Below, piece after piece: positions 62,364 to 64,000 of a stretch of 64,000 nt of DNA (position 1 is its first letter; every line of letters begins with the position of its first letter). A program made the translations under genes and the position numbers. The notes under the pieces are model-generated. The model was not told the origin of the DNA. It searched no databases and saw only the letters and a list, made by a program, of their open reading frames with translations. This DNA comes from Felis catus (lineage: Eukaryota): the NCBI RefSeq assembly GCF_018350175.1, contig NC_058368.1:137208001-137272000 (forward strand). The letters are read 5' to 3'.

Positions 62364-63493
62364 TGGAGAGATACATACCCAGAAGGAAGATACACTAGCA
62401 TTTGTATTTAGAAAGATTATCCTACCAGCAGAGATGAGAATGAATTAAAACAGGGAAAGACATGTTTACATATTGATTGGAGTGATCCATGAAAGACATG
62501 TTGAGGAGTTGAACAGAGTCCGTGGCGGTGGAGAAAAAGAAGAAGCGATGGATGCAGAAAGTACTTAGGAGACAGAACTCTCAGAAGATATGTGGGATTC
62601 CCAGGGCCCTGGCCCAGGAGATTTGATATAGCCAAGACATGAAGCTCAGTTAATTTAGTACTGACACATAAAACATCTAGATAATACGTTAAGTGCTTGC
62701 TGTAAATGGTGCCATATGTGGGGCATCACAAGAATGCTCAAAGTGCAGAGGATCTAGCAAAAGTCAAAACAACCTTGGGAAGGATGTTTAGCACTTGTTT
62801 AAAGCTTAGCTAGAAGAGGACAGCTTAAATTTTAATACTTGAGATCAGTTTTTATCACAACCTTGTGCTATGCCACATATCATGCGTTGACAGATTTGCT
62901 TAGCTCTGACAGCTGATTTTTTGGAAGACATTTGGCAATACGGGGAGAACCCAGCAGACTATGTAAATCATGGGGAGAAAGTAGCAGCCTGTAAATACAA
63001 GGTGAAAGGTTAGTTATATTCAAGATGAAGAGAGCAGAAGAATAAAACTGCTGCTTGTCCTTGTGTGCTCTTGGAGGAGAATTACTCTGAGGCAAAGAGG
63101 ACCTGTTTTCATGAAAGACTCTGTGATGGTCAGGGTACAGGCTGTGGGGCCACAGGGCCCTGGCAATGCATTGGGACATAACAGGTAGAGAAAGGGCCGT
63201 TCCTCCCCCCACCCCGCCACCCCCTGCCCTGGGACCAGAATCCCAAAGTGGAAGCTGCAGATAGAGCCTGCAAGAAGCTTGTGGGGAATAAGGAGAATAA
63301 AGCAGGGTCCTGTGAAGCTTATTCCCAATAGGCTGGTTTGTGGGCACGTGTGAAGCCAGGCCTCCTTGTAAGAATCACAGACATTTCTGTGGGGAACTTT
63401 GCCAAAGGGTGAGTCACAGGAACTTTGAGTTACTAAGGTGTTAACTGAAGAGAACTTAGGGTTTTACCCCACATAACTCCTTCCAAGGGCCAT

Positions 63494-63524
<31 letters not shown>

Positions 63525-63784
63525 GGTCATCTTGTGGTGGTTGCAGCAGAGAAGGCAGAAAAATCACTTGACGTCAAATGAATCTTTGCAGAGTTGCATG
63601 CTGATTCCCAATGAAGTCACCCTTTTAGAATATTATTATTAAAGCGAGTATACCTTGTCCCAGTCTGATATATTTTCATTTGGACTACTCCACAGTTAAA
63701 AGACTTTCGAGAAAAATAACCAGCACTACTTAATGTGTCAGTCAGTCTCCAAGATGGCTCCTTACTGATTCTCTTCTGGTGCGC

Positions 63785-64000
63785 ATGCTCTGTACAGTCC
63801 CCTCCCACAGTCTGTTAGAGTTGGTCTGTGTCACCAATAGAATGTATTCTATTGTAAGTGACAGTGTGTGACTTTCAGTGCTGCTTCATTAAAAAAAAAA
63901 AAAAAAAAAAGGAAAACAGTGCCGCTTCAATGTTTTCTCTTGGATTACTCACTCTGGGGAAACCAGCTACCCTGTCATGACGACGTCAAAGCAGCCCCAT
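63785..64000 (+). mobile_element. MLT1 (E/F/G-like) LTR start, running off the window
   Basis: cccctcccaca...tggtctgtgtcaccaatagaatg...aagtgacagtgtgtgactttc...ctcactctggggaaaccagct. Confidence 0.55.

Noticed and set aside
62880..63347. 155-aa minus-strand ORF
   Set aside because: Non-ATG start, no homology I can recognise, low-complexity segments.

Overview
Mammalian, non-prokaryotic DNA, almost certainly from a felid (cat family). The basis is about 25 tRNA-derived CAN-SINEs with feline SINEC_Fc-type sequence and carnivore/feline LINE-1 3' ends. The window is mostly repeat-dense intergenic sequence: a full-length but dead L1 (21071-28742, -), a twin-primed 5'-inverted L1, several older L1M/HAL1/L2/L3/MIR relics, MaLR (MLT1) solo LTRs, and MER5/MER20/MER58/Tigger DNA transposons. 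It contains one convincing protein-coding gene, the intronless sperm/germline histone variant H2B.L (subH2B/SubH2Bv, H2BL1) at 53927-54295 (+). That gene has an intact TATA promoter with RFX- and CRE-like motifs, a poly(A) signal, no histone stem-loop, four cysteines and no K120 equivalent. I see no evidence for a wholly new biological system. The most notable unexplained structures are a 29-nt near-perfect direct repeat in unique DNA (14664/16038), a complex inverted SINE with a fold-back copy of its own flank (33761-34198), a triple target-site duplication from stacked insertions (19964-20525), and several dense transcription-factor motif clusters. Repeat family names are from my recognition of consensus motifs, not from a database run. 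Repeat boundaries are approximate unless a TSD is quoted.
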